A stretch of 63,506 nt of DNA, the filler included, from Octopus bimaculoides (lineage: Eukaryota), in the NCBI RefSeq assembly GCF_001194135.2. It is 6 parts of 6 records of this genome, joined end to end, with 100 filler letters (N's around TTAATTAATTAA, not from the genome) between each part and the next. Parts side by side here need not be neighbours in the genome. Positions count along the whole stretch, not along the records: positions 44,701 to 55,442 come from NC_069008.1; positions 55,543 to 59,173 come from NC_068985.1; positions 59,274 to 62,365 come from NW_026319268.1; positions 62,466 to 63,506 come from NW_026358801.1; 2 more parts are not named here. The stretch is one strand, 5' to 3'. Under the pieces are notes generated by a model. That model saw only the letters and a list, made by a program, of their open reading frames with translations, did no database searches and was not told the DNA's origin. Position 1 is the first letter of the stretch, and each line of letters opens with the position of its first letter. Made by a program: the position numbers and the translations under genes. Of the stretch, positions 52,775-63,506 are shown piece by piece.

Positions 52775-53135
52775 TTTCATAAATTTGACTTACAGCTGTT
52801 CTTTAATGTAGTAAATTTGGATTATAGTTACCTTTATTGAAGTAAATTTTATTTACAACTATTTAGTTTTGTTAATTAGACTTGCAGCTGTTCTATTTTG
52901 TAGTAAATTTACTTACAGATGTCTTTATTGTAGTTAATTTGATGTATAGCTGTCTTTCTTGTTGCAAATTTACTTATAGCTGTTATTATTGCATTAAATT
53001 TGGATTACAGTTAGCTTTATTGTAGTAAATTTGACTTACAGCTGTTGTTTATTGCAGTACATTTCACTCACAACTATTCTTTACTGTAAATATGACTTGA
53101 GGCTATTTTTATTGTAGAAATTTAACTTACAATAG
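52775..53135 (+). repeat. Degenerate ~31-bp minisatellite, about 11 units
   Basis: Consensus approximately GTAGTAAATTTGACTTACAGCTGTT(C/T)TTATT. Confidence 0.8.
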
Positions 53136-55564
53136 GTGTCTCTATGAATTTTGAAAATATTTAAATGTAATTTCCTCTGTACTTTTTCTTGGAGTGCATC
53201 CCATCCTTGATACCTCGTTTGTGAAATTTGGGTGAATATTTTAGGAAACAGGACAATTTGAATGGTCAGCAGCATGGTCGAAATTTTGCCTAATTAGTCT
53301 AAATGAATAATTAGCCACCTTTGTGATGTCATATCTTTGAAATTGAGGTGATAATCATCTTGAAATTACACAAATTAAAAGTGACCATAGTAGTGCAGTT
53401 GCCTATTTTTTTCATGTTCTTGGAAAAAATAACTTTTTTGGCAATTTAAAAATTATTTATGTAGAAGTCTATTTTGCTATATGTCACAAACAGATGCAGT
53501 GTTTTCTGACCTCGGTAAATCCGAAAGTACAAGTCACATTTGTAGTTGGCATAGAAATAAATAAATCCTGAGATGTTGGAACATGACAACATTTCAATAA
53601 AATTTTAATGGACTATTAAAAATGGCTATAAATGGCAGAGTTTCAGATCAGGATGCTCACATAAGTTGAATTTTCTCTGCTTTGATGGGGATTTTTCCAA
53701 TTATTTTTGCATCATAGTCTTGGAAATGATAGGGGTAAACATTTTATGAAAAACATTTTGGAAAATTTATGATTCCCCCTCCTCCTCTCGGACCAGTTTT
53801 GGCCAATTTTGTTTGCACTACACACTTAAAAATGATGGAAGCTGCCTTTTTGGTAAGATAAAAAAAAAGAATTTGAAAATATTTTCAAACAAAACGATGT
53901 ATGGTTTAAAGGAGATTTAGCTGTTGTTTCTAGCACAGCACATCTCACAACCACCTTATACTTTCTCAGAATTGCATGTAATCCTCGATTAAAAAACAAA
54001 ACAAAATCATCATCATCATCATCATTGTCGTTTAACGTCCGCTTTCCATGCTAGCATGGGTTGGATGATTTGACTGAAGACTGGTGAACCAGATGGCTAC
54101 ACCAAACTCCAATATGATTTGGCAGAGTTTCTACAGCTGGATGCCCTTCCTAACGCCAACCACTCCGAGAGTGTAGTGGGTGCTTTTACGTGCCACCGGC
54201 ATGAAGGCCAGTCACACGGTACTGGCAATGGCCACGTTCAAATGGTGTATTTTACGTGCCACCTGCACAGGAGCCTATATATATATATACACACACACAC
54301 CAGTTGGTAGATATAATATTTGGTATATACAATATATAAAGCTACAGATTTTTCACTAAATCCCTCCAGAAAAAATCTTTATTGTATTGAAAAATTAGTT
54401 GAAACAGGCAGTCTTCTTGTTAGAAATCAAACCAAGACAGGGTCAACATTAAAAAATCTAGTAACAAAGCAATTAGCAATATATATACATAAAGAAAAAC
54501 AAACTGTGGTAAAAATTAATAAATAAATATCTTTTGTAATTTAATTTTTTTTTTTTTTGGTTTTCCACTGCATTGAAATATGCAGAAAGTTAACTGTGAA
54601 TGTTTATTGCTGATAATGACTAAATGTGGAAACTAATTCCTTGCTTTAAGCATCAAAAACATAAACCAAAGGAAATGACATCATCTGTAACTTACAGAAA
54701 ACTTGATAGTAGGGGAGAGAGAAAAAAAACAAAAACAAATGTGTGAGTACTGACACAAATTATCCCAACTGTATTCGAAATCAGGAAAAAACCCATCATA
54801 TCTAACTTTATTAATTTATAAAATTATATTAATTGTACAGTATAATTTTTATTGACAGAATTTGACCAATGTTTCTCAAAGGAAAACTAAATTTACATGT
54901 AGAAGAGTATCTGCTAGGTTTGCATAGCAGCTCTCTACTTGTTGCTAAAACAGCAAGAGGGAATAAACAACATTCTCAATACAACAATTTCATGCTAAGT
55001 TTGGGCTCTAGAAGACTTATTAAACTCAATTTAGTGTATCTTTTGTAGCAATATATGGCTCTTGAAATTCTGGCTCAAACTTGACATTTGAAACCTTGGA
55101 TTTGTATTCTGTTTGACTTCTCACTGCACACAAATATATCAGGTTGGCAAGTAGTGTCAGTATACTGTGGTATGACGTCAGTGTCTGGGGAGGCTGACCG
55201 GAAGGGCGAGTCGACCGGAAGGGGAAACAGGGCAGAGGGAGCCTCGATCGGCGTTCGTGCCCTTTTCGAACGGGGCTGCGGTCAAGACAAGACGTGTTAA
55301 CCGACGGTCTAGGTTTGGGAAGGTTTGGGAGAAGCAGCTACTATACCTGGTGTACCTTGGGTCGGGGCAAGCTTCAAGGATCGGATACCGCAAGACGGAC
55401 TCGCAGTTGAGGAAAGGAAAACCGAGGTAAAGCGATTACATCNNNNNNNNNNNNNNNNNNNNNNNNNNNNNNNNNNNNNNNNNNNNTTAATTAATTAANN
55501 NNNNNNNNNNNNNNNNNNNNNNNNNNNNNNNNNNNNNNNNNNTATATATATATATATATATATA

Positions 55565-56835
55565 TATATACGAGTAAAATTCATCTTCGTCTGCTGCTAT
55601 TCAACGGATCTATGATTCAAAGACTTGATGGCCTGACAACTCTCGTCTTTCTTCTTCCCACCATTGTTCTCTTCCTCTCTTATTCTTGTTGTCCAGGCTA
55701 CATTATCATTATCCCATGTACCCAATATTTCTCAAGCGGTAGGGTGTAATTTTAGAGAGATTTGGTAAGTTGAGTCACTCCATCTTACACAGGTGGAGGT
55801 TCTGCGACCTTCAGGCCGCCTGTAGCTTTTGAGTATCTAAGTGCGGCTCAGTCCTTTGGAATAAGCTTATAAGCTGGTGTGAATTTAGAAGTTTGAGGCT
55901 CTCCAGGAAGCCAGCTATTCTTGATCTTACTACCCTTTCAAACACTTTAATGATATGAGAGGTGAGTGAGATTGGGCGATAGTTAACTGCGAGGGATTTG
56001 TTTCCCTGTTCGAAAACCGGGATGACAGACTGAGATAAGAGCTCTTTCGGTTGGTCAGAGGGACTGCAAGTTGGTGTCTACATTCCTTCAGGAGACTAGC
56101 GGGGAATCTATCAGGGCACACAGCAGAATAGTATTTGATCTCATTTATTGCTGCTATGATGTCTGAAGCAGCAAAGGTTACGTCCACGATTATACGTTGG
56201 GAATCGACTTCGTTCACATCCCTTACGTCAGTATCAGTGGGATCACTAAAGACAGAGCAGTATTGTTTCTGAAGTACTTCTGCCATTTCTTTAGCATCGT
56301 GTTGGAGGTTGCCGTTATCATCGATCAATGGACCAATGGTTGAAACAGCGGTCCTATGTTTATTTGCATATGAATAGAACACGTTTGGGTTCTGTCTGAT
56401 ATTTTTTGATTACCTACTGTTCCTCTGCAGCTCTTTGATTTTCAATGGAGGTTTTCATGTTGGTCTGCAGATGAAGTTTTTCCAACTCCAGCCTTTTCAT
56501 TGTTGTTGAATATGGATGTTGTATGTGAGAGTATTTTTAATGGTTGATTTTTAAAAATTAAGTCCTTTGATGAGTGTTTTTTTCTCTCTCTAGGGAGCCT
56601 GTTTCTGTTTGTGTTAGTGGATTTCGTTGGAACGTGTTTTGAGCATGTATAGGTGACAATGTCCTCAAAGTGCTGCCATGTAATTTCTATGTCAGTGGCA
56701 CTGAGAGTGAAGGACCAATCGATAAAGAACAGATTCTTTCTGATTGCTCTCCAGTCCGCTTTGTGGAAGGTTATGTTGTCAAATAACTGCAGTGGAGTGG
56801 GATTGGCTGGTTTGGTTTTGATATGCCGGAAATCA
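55565..56835 (-). mobile_element. CR1/L2-like LINE ORF2 fragment
   Basis: FHKADW, NPNVFYSYANK..IGPL, AEVLQKQYCSVFS, PDRFPASLLKEC...LAVPL. Confidence 0.85.
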
Positions 56836-56836
56836 A

Positions 56837-56881
<45 letters not shown>

Positions 56882-57261
56882 TGAGTGTGTGTGTGTGTGT
56901 GTCAGTTTGAGTTAGAGGTAAAGCAACCATCTAAGGGATAATAAATATCCAATATACTGCTGGATGTATAACCACGTATTTATATCTAAGCGCTTACTAT
57001 TGCAGGGCAATTTGAATACTAGGTATGGGTGGGGGTAAAACAGAAATTTACCCAGGATTTATAAGGCAAATAAGAAAATGGAGAGGATAACCAATCGGCA
57101 AACATCAGCCTGTAAACATTCATTTATATCTATTTATTAATTGATTACAATCATATGTATAAGTAATCAAAATAAACAACTGAAATAAGAAAATAAACAA
57201 GTAAATAAATAGAAAAAATAAAAATAAATGAACGAGAATAAATGAGTGAACAAATACTAAA

Positions 57262-57396
57262 CTCTTACAGCTGTTTCTGCTATGGGGTTGCTAAGTTTTC
57301 CACATCACGCCAGTAATATACAGGGATTGTACAATGATTGAACAAACATTGGACAGGGGTTGGACAATGATTGAGCCCCAAAGCTTCATCAGAGAG
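57262..57396 (-). ncRNA. Type-I hammerhead ribozyme motif with long stem II loop
   Basis: Minus strand reads CTCT-CTGATGA-AGCTTTGGGG...(~90 nt)...CCCCATAGCA-GAAAC-AGCT-GTA-AGAG; stem I CTCT/AGAG; base of stem II mismatched. Confidence 0.55.
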
Positions 57397-58099
57397 ACCA
57401 TTATGTTAGGAATCTAACATGTGAGGAAATAAGGTAAAATAATAAAATAAAATAATAATATAATAGAAACAGTAAGGGATGGCAAAACGTCAATTCCAAG
57501 GTGATATCAATAAGCCATGAGATTATATCTTGTGGTAAAGATTAAAGAAAGTCACTTCCAGGAGTAATTTTCACAAGTTATGAGAGTTACATCGTATTTC
57601 AATTTTACTGGGGAAAAATAACGAGGATAAGACGTTGTAGAGTGAGTTTAATGGGATGGTCCATATCACAGGGGTCAAAAGTTAGAGGCTAACTGCTATG
57701 TAATAGAGCATCATAAAAGGAATTGACAAAGTTAACTTAATGTGAACTTGTTTGGAGAAATCAATACATAAGTATATCAATGAAAGAAAAATTGGGGTAA
57801 AACCTTAGCGCGATGTTATTGTTACTTATTAACAAAAACCTCATCCTAATACCCCTATGAATACTAGGGCGAGGCCAAAGTTAATCCTACAACTTAAGTG
57901 GTTCGCTAAAATTGAAAACAATGGCGTTGTTCAGGTCCGTTAAATCCATAAATAAAATACAAGATAAGTAAAAACAAAAACAAAAAAAATTTAAATACTT
58001 AAGGAATAAATTGTCTAAGGAGCCTTACTTAATGAATGGGCTTTGAATATTACTTACGATTATGGATATAGTATATTTTATGAATATATCTGAGATATA

Positions 58100-58374
58100 C
58101 AGGGTCCGCCATAAGTAACTATATATTTTCTTTTGCTTGTAACTTTGTTGATACTTATTCAATTTTTCTATTTCATATGTCATTTGAAAGCTGAAATCTT
58201 ATATTTTTATTTCTTCCCCCCACCCCCACCCTATTTCAGATATACTGTTATATCGATTATGTCCACCCGATTAACAAAAGAGCAAAAGATTGCGGTTTTG
58301 AAACAGAAAAATTAAATAAGTATCAACAAAGTTACAAGCAAAAGAAAATATATAGTTTCTTATGGCGGACCCTG
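58100..58374 (+). mobile_element. Tc1/mariner-type MITE / deletion derivative
   Basis: ~60-bp TIRs CAGGGTCCGCCATAAG(T/A)AACTATATATTTTC... with one mismatch, TA target duplication, and an internal transposase-start-like ATG (MSTRLTKEQKIAVLK). Confidence 0.8.
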
Positions 58375-59453
58375 TATATCAAATTAACAAGTAATTATCT
58401 GAACAAGAAAAATAAAGGACGAAGCAATTAGTGGAAAAATAAACACTGCTGGACTTTATTGGAGATAGGTAGCCGATTAAAATGCAGAGAGAAATTATGC
58501 AATAAAGTAAGATTTAGGAAATGTTATTCCGTTATGGATAGATCTAAGTTATAATTTCAAATTATAGAAGAACAAAGATGAAAATGAATGAATGAAAATA
58601 TTTTGAGACTTATAGACTACAATTGAAGCGGAGTGACTGTGTATTGCGTTTCAATGTTGGGGTGCAGAGAGATATTTAGACACATATAGTAAAGTTGAGG
58701 TTATTTTCAATTATAGAGAGAAACAGAAGGTATTAATGTTAGGATAGGGGTAGAGCTTAGAGAAGATAATGGACCTTACGTGGTATTATAATTGAATCAG
58801 ATTGTTAATATATAAAATTATAAGCTTATGGAATTAATTACAATGGGAGTTATTCTGGCTAAGTTGGATTCCTGTCCAATGCTTGTTCAACCATTGTACA
58901 ATCTCTGTATATTACTGGCGTGATGTGAAAAACCTTGGCAGATTGGGCAACCCCAATGTAGAAACAGCTGTAAGAGTTTAGTACTTGTTCACTCATTTAT
59001 TTATTTTTATTTATCTATTTATTTACTTGTTTATTTGCTTATTTCAGTTGTTTATTTTGATCACTTATACATATGATTATTGTCATCAATTAATAAATAG
59101 ATATAAATGAATGTTTACAGGCTGATGTTTGTCGATTGATTATCTTTCCCATTTTTTAAATTTTCCTTATATANNNNNNNNNNNNNNNNNNNNNNNNNNN
59201 NNNNNNNNNNNNNNNNNTTAATTAATTAANNNNNNNNNNNNNNNNNNNNNNNNNNNNNNNNNNNNNNNNNNNNATTTTCCAAGTGTCCCTTAAGACAAAT
59301 AATGTTTTACGACAAATAATTGCGTATCACACAAGTATAAATAGCCAAGGAGATGTACTTGTGCTCACTCTCAAAGTGAGAGAAGTCTCGTATGACCTGA
59401 GTAGATTTTTCAGAGCGAGCTTGTCAGTCAACAAGTCGTGAAAAGGCGTAATT

Positions 59454-60469
59454 ATGGAGACAGTGAACACAAATGAAACACCTTTCTTGAAAACTCTCGA
59501 ATTTTATGCAAAAATTAATAGTATTCTCAAATCAATGACCGATATATCATTGCTGAAATCAAACAAAGTTAAAGGTTTCTCTTTACAAGTTCTCTCGTTA
59601 CTATTCTATTCGTATTTACTTCTAAATCCTATTCGGCACATTGTTTCCTTAGTAAAAATGGGAAATATGGAAAGCGATGTATTGTTTCTATATATTTACG
59701 TAATATTTTTCCGCATATTTCAATCTTTAACTCTATTGATAAAACTGTTCAAAAAATCTAGACACAAGGAGCTAATTGAAAAGTTTGCCGAACTTAAAAC
59801 TGAACATGAAGAAAATATCTGGTATAACAAACCTATAATATATAAGTCAGTGTATATATTAATATGTCTGGTTATTATTGGGAGCATAACTATGGACCTT
59901 GTAATACCGCTGTTGAGTACTGATTTGTTGACGTATTTCAAATATCCTGCACCCGCTGATTATAAATATATCATCCCAATTTTAGCACTGCAGGTTGTAT
60001 TTAATTCAATGTCAGCTCTAGCCATATTAAGTGATGTGTACATAAATCTCCTAATCACAGCCACTCTGATGCATCACTTTAACAAAGTGGCGAATGAAGC
60101 TCAAAGTTACGTAACGGAGAAGCAATCAACTAAGTCGGATATTATTAAGAATCATAGAGAGATTACAGACATATGTAACACTCNNNNNNNNNNTCGGATA
60201 TTATTAAGAATCATAGAGAGATTACAGACATATGTAACACTCATGATACTCTTAGTTCAATACTGAGTCTAGTAAATCATTCCTTGCAGTTTATTTCAGG
60301 GTGTACCGTGTTCGGTAGTGTCATCAGCTGCTGTATCCTTACTTACGGACTAATAAATGATTCTCTCAAAAATGACATGTATACAAACATTTATGCCACT
60401 GTACTGGTTTTGGTATCTGTGCTTTCTTGGATTGTACTATTTTGGTGCGGAATTCTTTTAAACAAATCG
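59454..60469 (+). CDS. Gustatory-receptor-like (7tm_7 / 7TMIC) chemoreceptor, long first exon encoding TM1-TM6 (319 codons after removing an assembly duplication)
   Basis: ATG 59454 has an in-frame stop upstream. Six hydrophobic segments. Removing the duplicated 49 bp plus 10 N (60184-60242) gives one frame ...KNHREITDICNTHDTLSSILSLVNHSLQFISGCTVFGSVISCCILTYGL...SWIVLFWCGILLNKS ending at a phase-0 GTAAGT donor (60470). TM7 exon not found. Confidence 0.7.
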
Positions 60470-61105
60470 GTAAGTTGTACAAATTTTTTTAATAACTCTA
60501 GGTTATCTAATCTACATCACATCCGTATTGCTATTGTAGTTATAACATATAAGCGTATTGATGAAGTAAAACGANNNNNNNNNNNNNNNNNNNNNNNNNN
60601 NNNNNNNNNNNNNNNNNNNNNNNNNNNNNNNNNNNNNNNNNNNNNNNNNNNNNNNNNNNNNNNNNNNNNNNNNNNNNNNNNNNNNNNNNNNNNNNNNNNN
60701 NNNNNNNNNNNNNNNNNNNNNNNNNNNNNNNNNNNNNNNNNNNNNNNNNNNNNNNNNNNNNNNNNNNNNNNNNNNNNNNNNNNNNNNNNNNNNNNNNNNN
60801 NNNNNNNNNNNNNNNNNNNNNNNNNNNNNNNNNNNNNNNNNNNNNNNNNNNNNNNNNNNNNNNNNNNNNNNNNNNNNNNNTCTCTCTCTCTCTCTCTCCC
60901 TGAATTGGTCACATTTGCTCGTCATATGTCTGGGGTCGAGAAATCAATGCGCACGGAAATGGAGGCCACTAGACTGATGTGATGTTAAATTCTCTTAGCA
61001 AATCTGCTCTGTTAATTGTAGCGTATAAGACAGATGAAATAGATCCAAATTATAAGAAGTAATAGAAACTGCTGCTGGTATCATCCAAACTTCAATTTTG
61101 TGTCA

Positions 61106-62035
61106 TACAAGAGGCAGTCAAAAGTTATCCACACTTTCGCTAAAACTTGCTTTTGTTTGGCTGAACTGCTTTCAGCGCTCTCGTGGCACTTTTTTGGCTA
61201 CGTAACCGTGATTTGACCCTGTTCTCTCTAGTCTTTATTCTCTACTGGAAAGTGAGCACCAAGGAAGGATATTGATCACAGAACTGATTTCTCTGGTTTC
61301 CAGGTGTGTCAGAGGCTGAAATTTATCATAGGTTTCCAGTAGAAGTGTGTGTGACTGGATCGAGAATTCTCAAATTGGACGGACAAGCCCGAAGCACCTA
61401 GAGGGAGAAGGACGGCCACAGCCTCTGCTATTGATGAGAAAATTCAACAAGCTCGAAAGATGGTTCAGGTGAACCGTCGAATGACCATCCATGAGGGGCA
61501 TGTTCTCTGCAAATTAATTATGCTTCTGCTTCTAAAATCTTCCACGACAGGCTTTGATTCCGTACAATCTATACGAGATGAATGTCAAAAGAGCTCACTG
61601 AAGCGCATATGTACAATCGGGCGGCGGTGTGACATCGTTCACTCGACCGCTACGGCGACGAAGGCGAAGCGCTTTTAGAGAGAATAGTTACAGGATTTGA
61701 GACATGGGTCCATCACTTTAAACCAGAATCCAAAAGGCAGAGTATGGAATGGTAAAACCTGGAACCTCTGAGGAAAAAGAAATTCAAGCCTCAACACTCC
61801 GCAAAAAAAGTGACACTGACTGTTTTTCGAAACATAGAAAGACTTGTACTGCAATATGACCTGGGAAAAGGGTCTACAGTCACCAGTGTAAGCTACAGTA
61901 AAATGCTGACCAACAAACTAAAACCAACTATTCGCACGAAACGCCAAGGTTTACTGTCAAATCAAGTGCTATTGTTGCACAACAATACATGTCTACATAT
62001 GGATGTCCATACCATAAAAAACTGGGGCTTTGGGT
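61106..62035 (+). mobile_element. mariner transposon, decayed
   Basis: TIR-like start TACAAGAGGCAGTCAAAAG; ETWVHHFKPESKRQSMEW; VLLLHNN motif. Confidence 0.85.
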
Positions 62036-62466
62036 AACCAGAACAACCTGAACTCGAAAACACTGCACTGACGACCGAGGTTTTTTCAACACAGCAACGC
62101 ATGAAAAAAATAATAATAATAAACCTATCACTTACGCAACTGAATCAATTCTGACTGAGCAAATTATACGACTAGATAAATATGGAGTCATTGTTGGCGT
62201 TGTGGTAAACACATTGACGTTTCTGTATCATTGATATTCTGATTGTTGTTGACTTCGAAGAAAGTGATGTGTTTTAATGAATAGACAAAACATTAGCAAG
62301 CATCCAAACATGCACACATGTAAGCATAATATTTATTATGCCTACATGTGTGTGTGTGTGTGTGTNNNNNNNNNNNNNNNNNNNNNNNNNNNNNNNNNNN
62401 NNNNNNNNNTTAATTAATTAANNNNNNNNNNNNNNNNNNNNNNNNNNNNNNNNNNNNNNNNNNNNA

Positions 62467-62875
62467 TTATATTTTTTCTTTAGTTTATGGGTCTTTGTAG
62501 GTTTGATACTCTTGTCAAATTTAAGGTTTTTCAAACATTCTATGTCAGATCTAAGCAGCTTAATTTGGTGTTGAATGCGTTCTTGCCAAGAAGGCTTTTT
62601 GTGGGAGTGTTGTCTTTTTCTAATCTTTTTACCACATAGAATCGTTGAGATTCTTGCGGATGCATAGTACAGGTGGTTGAGATCTGTAATATCAACATCA
62701 TTAGCTGAAATTATATCCTTAAGTGCAAGGCGGATTTTACCAATTATTTTCAGGTTTTGGTTAGAATTGCGAATTTTGGGGAGAGTGTCGCGTTCATTCA
62801 TACTAGTCTCTTTAATTTTCAGCCATTCAATCATGATTTGATTTTTTAGATCATGTAGTTCTGTTGCGTCGATCT
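62467..62875 (-). mobile_element. R4/Dong-like N-terminal ORF fragment adjacent to a (TAA)n tract
   Basis: LPKI...TDLNHLYYASA...KPSWQERIQHQIKLLRSDI, typical of the region upstream of RT in this clade. Confidence 0.65.
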
Positions 62876-62887
62876 CTGTATGATTTC

Positions 62888-62923
<36 letters not shown>

Positions 62924-62944
62924 CATTATTATTATTATTGTTAC

Positions 62945-63506
62945 AGAGATTTTAATGGGCATGCTGGGTGGCAATCCGGTATCTTCACTGGTGTACATGG
63001 GGGCCATGGTATTGGCTCTCGAAACAAAAAGGGAACTAGGCGACTGGAGTTCTGTGATGCATGTAACCTTTTAATCTGCAACACTAACTTCAGGAAACAA
63101 GACAGCCACCTGATAACCTATCAATCAGGTGACTCTGCTAGCCAGATTGATTTTATCCTCACCAGACAGTGGGACGCGGGGTTGCTCTTAAATACAAAGA
63201 TCCTCCTGGGTGAAGAATGCACCCCCCCCCCCAGCATAGGCTAGTCATTAGTAACTCAAGGCCAGAAGGATACCGAGAAGCAGACCAATCTAAAAAAGAA
63301 GGATTTGGAAGCTAAAGAACCCTCCAAATGGTCAGAGATTTAGGGACATCCTCATCAAGGAATTTAATGAGAGGGAGGAGGAGCTACAGACACCGGACAT
63401 AGAAGGTGGCTGGAAATTCCTACAGGACAGCTTGCTGAGTGCCACAGACCAAGTCTGTGGGTGGTGCAAAGTCCCCTCCAGACATAGAGTTTCATGGTGG
63501 TGGAAT
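62945..63506 (+). mobile_element. RTE-clade LINE AP-endonuclease region
   Basis: DFNGHAG...GVHGGHGIGSRNKKG...NTNFRKQDSHLITYQSG...QIDFIL...HRLV. Confidence 0.9.

Larger units (their letters stand above)
57058..59173. mobile_element. Inverted pair of ~300-bp Penelope-like terminal repeats (57058-57357 minus, 58871-59173 plus)
   Basis: The two arms are clear reverse complements and both contain GAAACAGCTGTAAGAG; the right arm lacks the CTGATGA half. Confidence 0.6.

Noticed and set aside
53130-53720. Possible upstream EF-hand gene exons (GWDALQEKVQRKLHLNIF; YDAKIIGKIPIK)
   Set aside because: Plausible splice sites, but no consistent phase chain or EF-hand match; cannot be supported.
60135-60242. 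Apparent 49-bp tandem duplication and frameshift in the GRL
   Set aside because: Exact copy either side of a 10-N gap, same pattern as 26489-26638: an unmerged contig overlap.

Overview
AT-rich, microsatellite- and TE-dense animal genomic scaffold with 12 N-gaps. It is most likely a cephalopod (Octopus-like); this is inferred from the SINE families, microsatellite load and C2H2-ZNF style. Three host genes are supported. (1) A + strand C2H2 zinc-finger gene, CDS ~18233-20167, whose ten canonical fingers carry almost the same recognition helix, Q(R/K)ANLxN. (2) A - strand multi-EF-hand (EFCAB6-like) gene, for which six phase-compatible exons were reconstructed between 39155 and 24786; both ends are unresolved. 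(3) A + strand gustatory-receptor-like (7TM chemoreceptor/7TMIC) first exon, 59454-60469, which appears frameshifted only because of a 49-bp duplication flanking a 10-N gap. The remainder is tRNA-headed SINEs, RTE, CR1-like and R4/Dong-like LINE fragments, Tc1/mariner elements, piggyBac-type and Tc1-type MITEs, a Helitron helicase fragment, Helentron-like elements, a Ty3/gypsy fragment and Penelope-like pieces. Several minimal type-I hammerhead ribozyme motifs are readable by eye (best at 44820-44879 +, 34206-34301 +, 57262-57396 -). All calls are by inspection; no database searches or folding were run.
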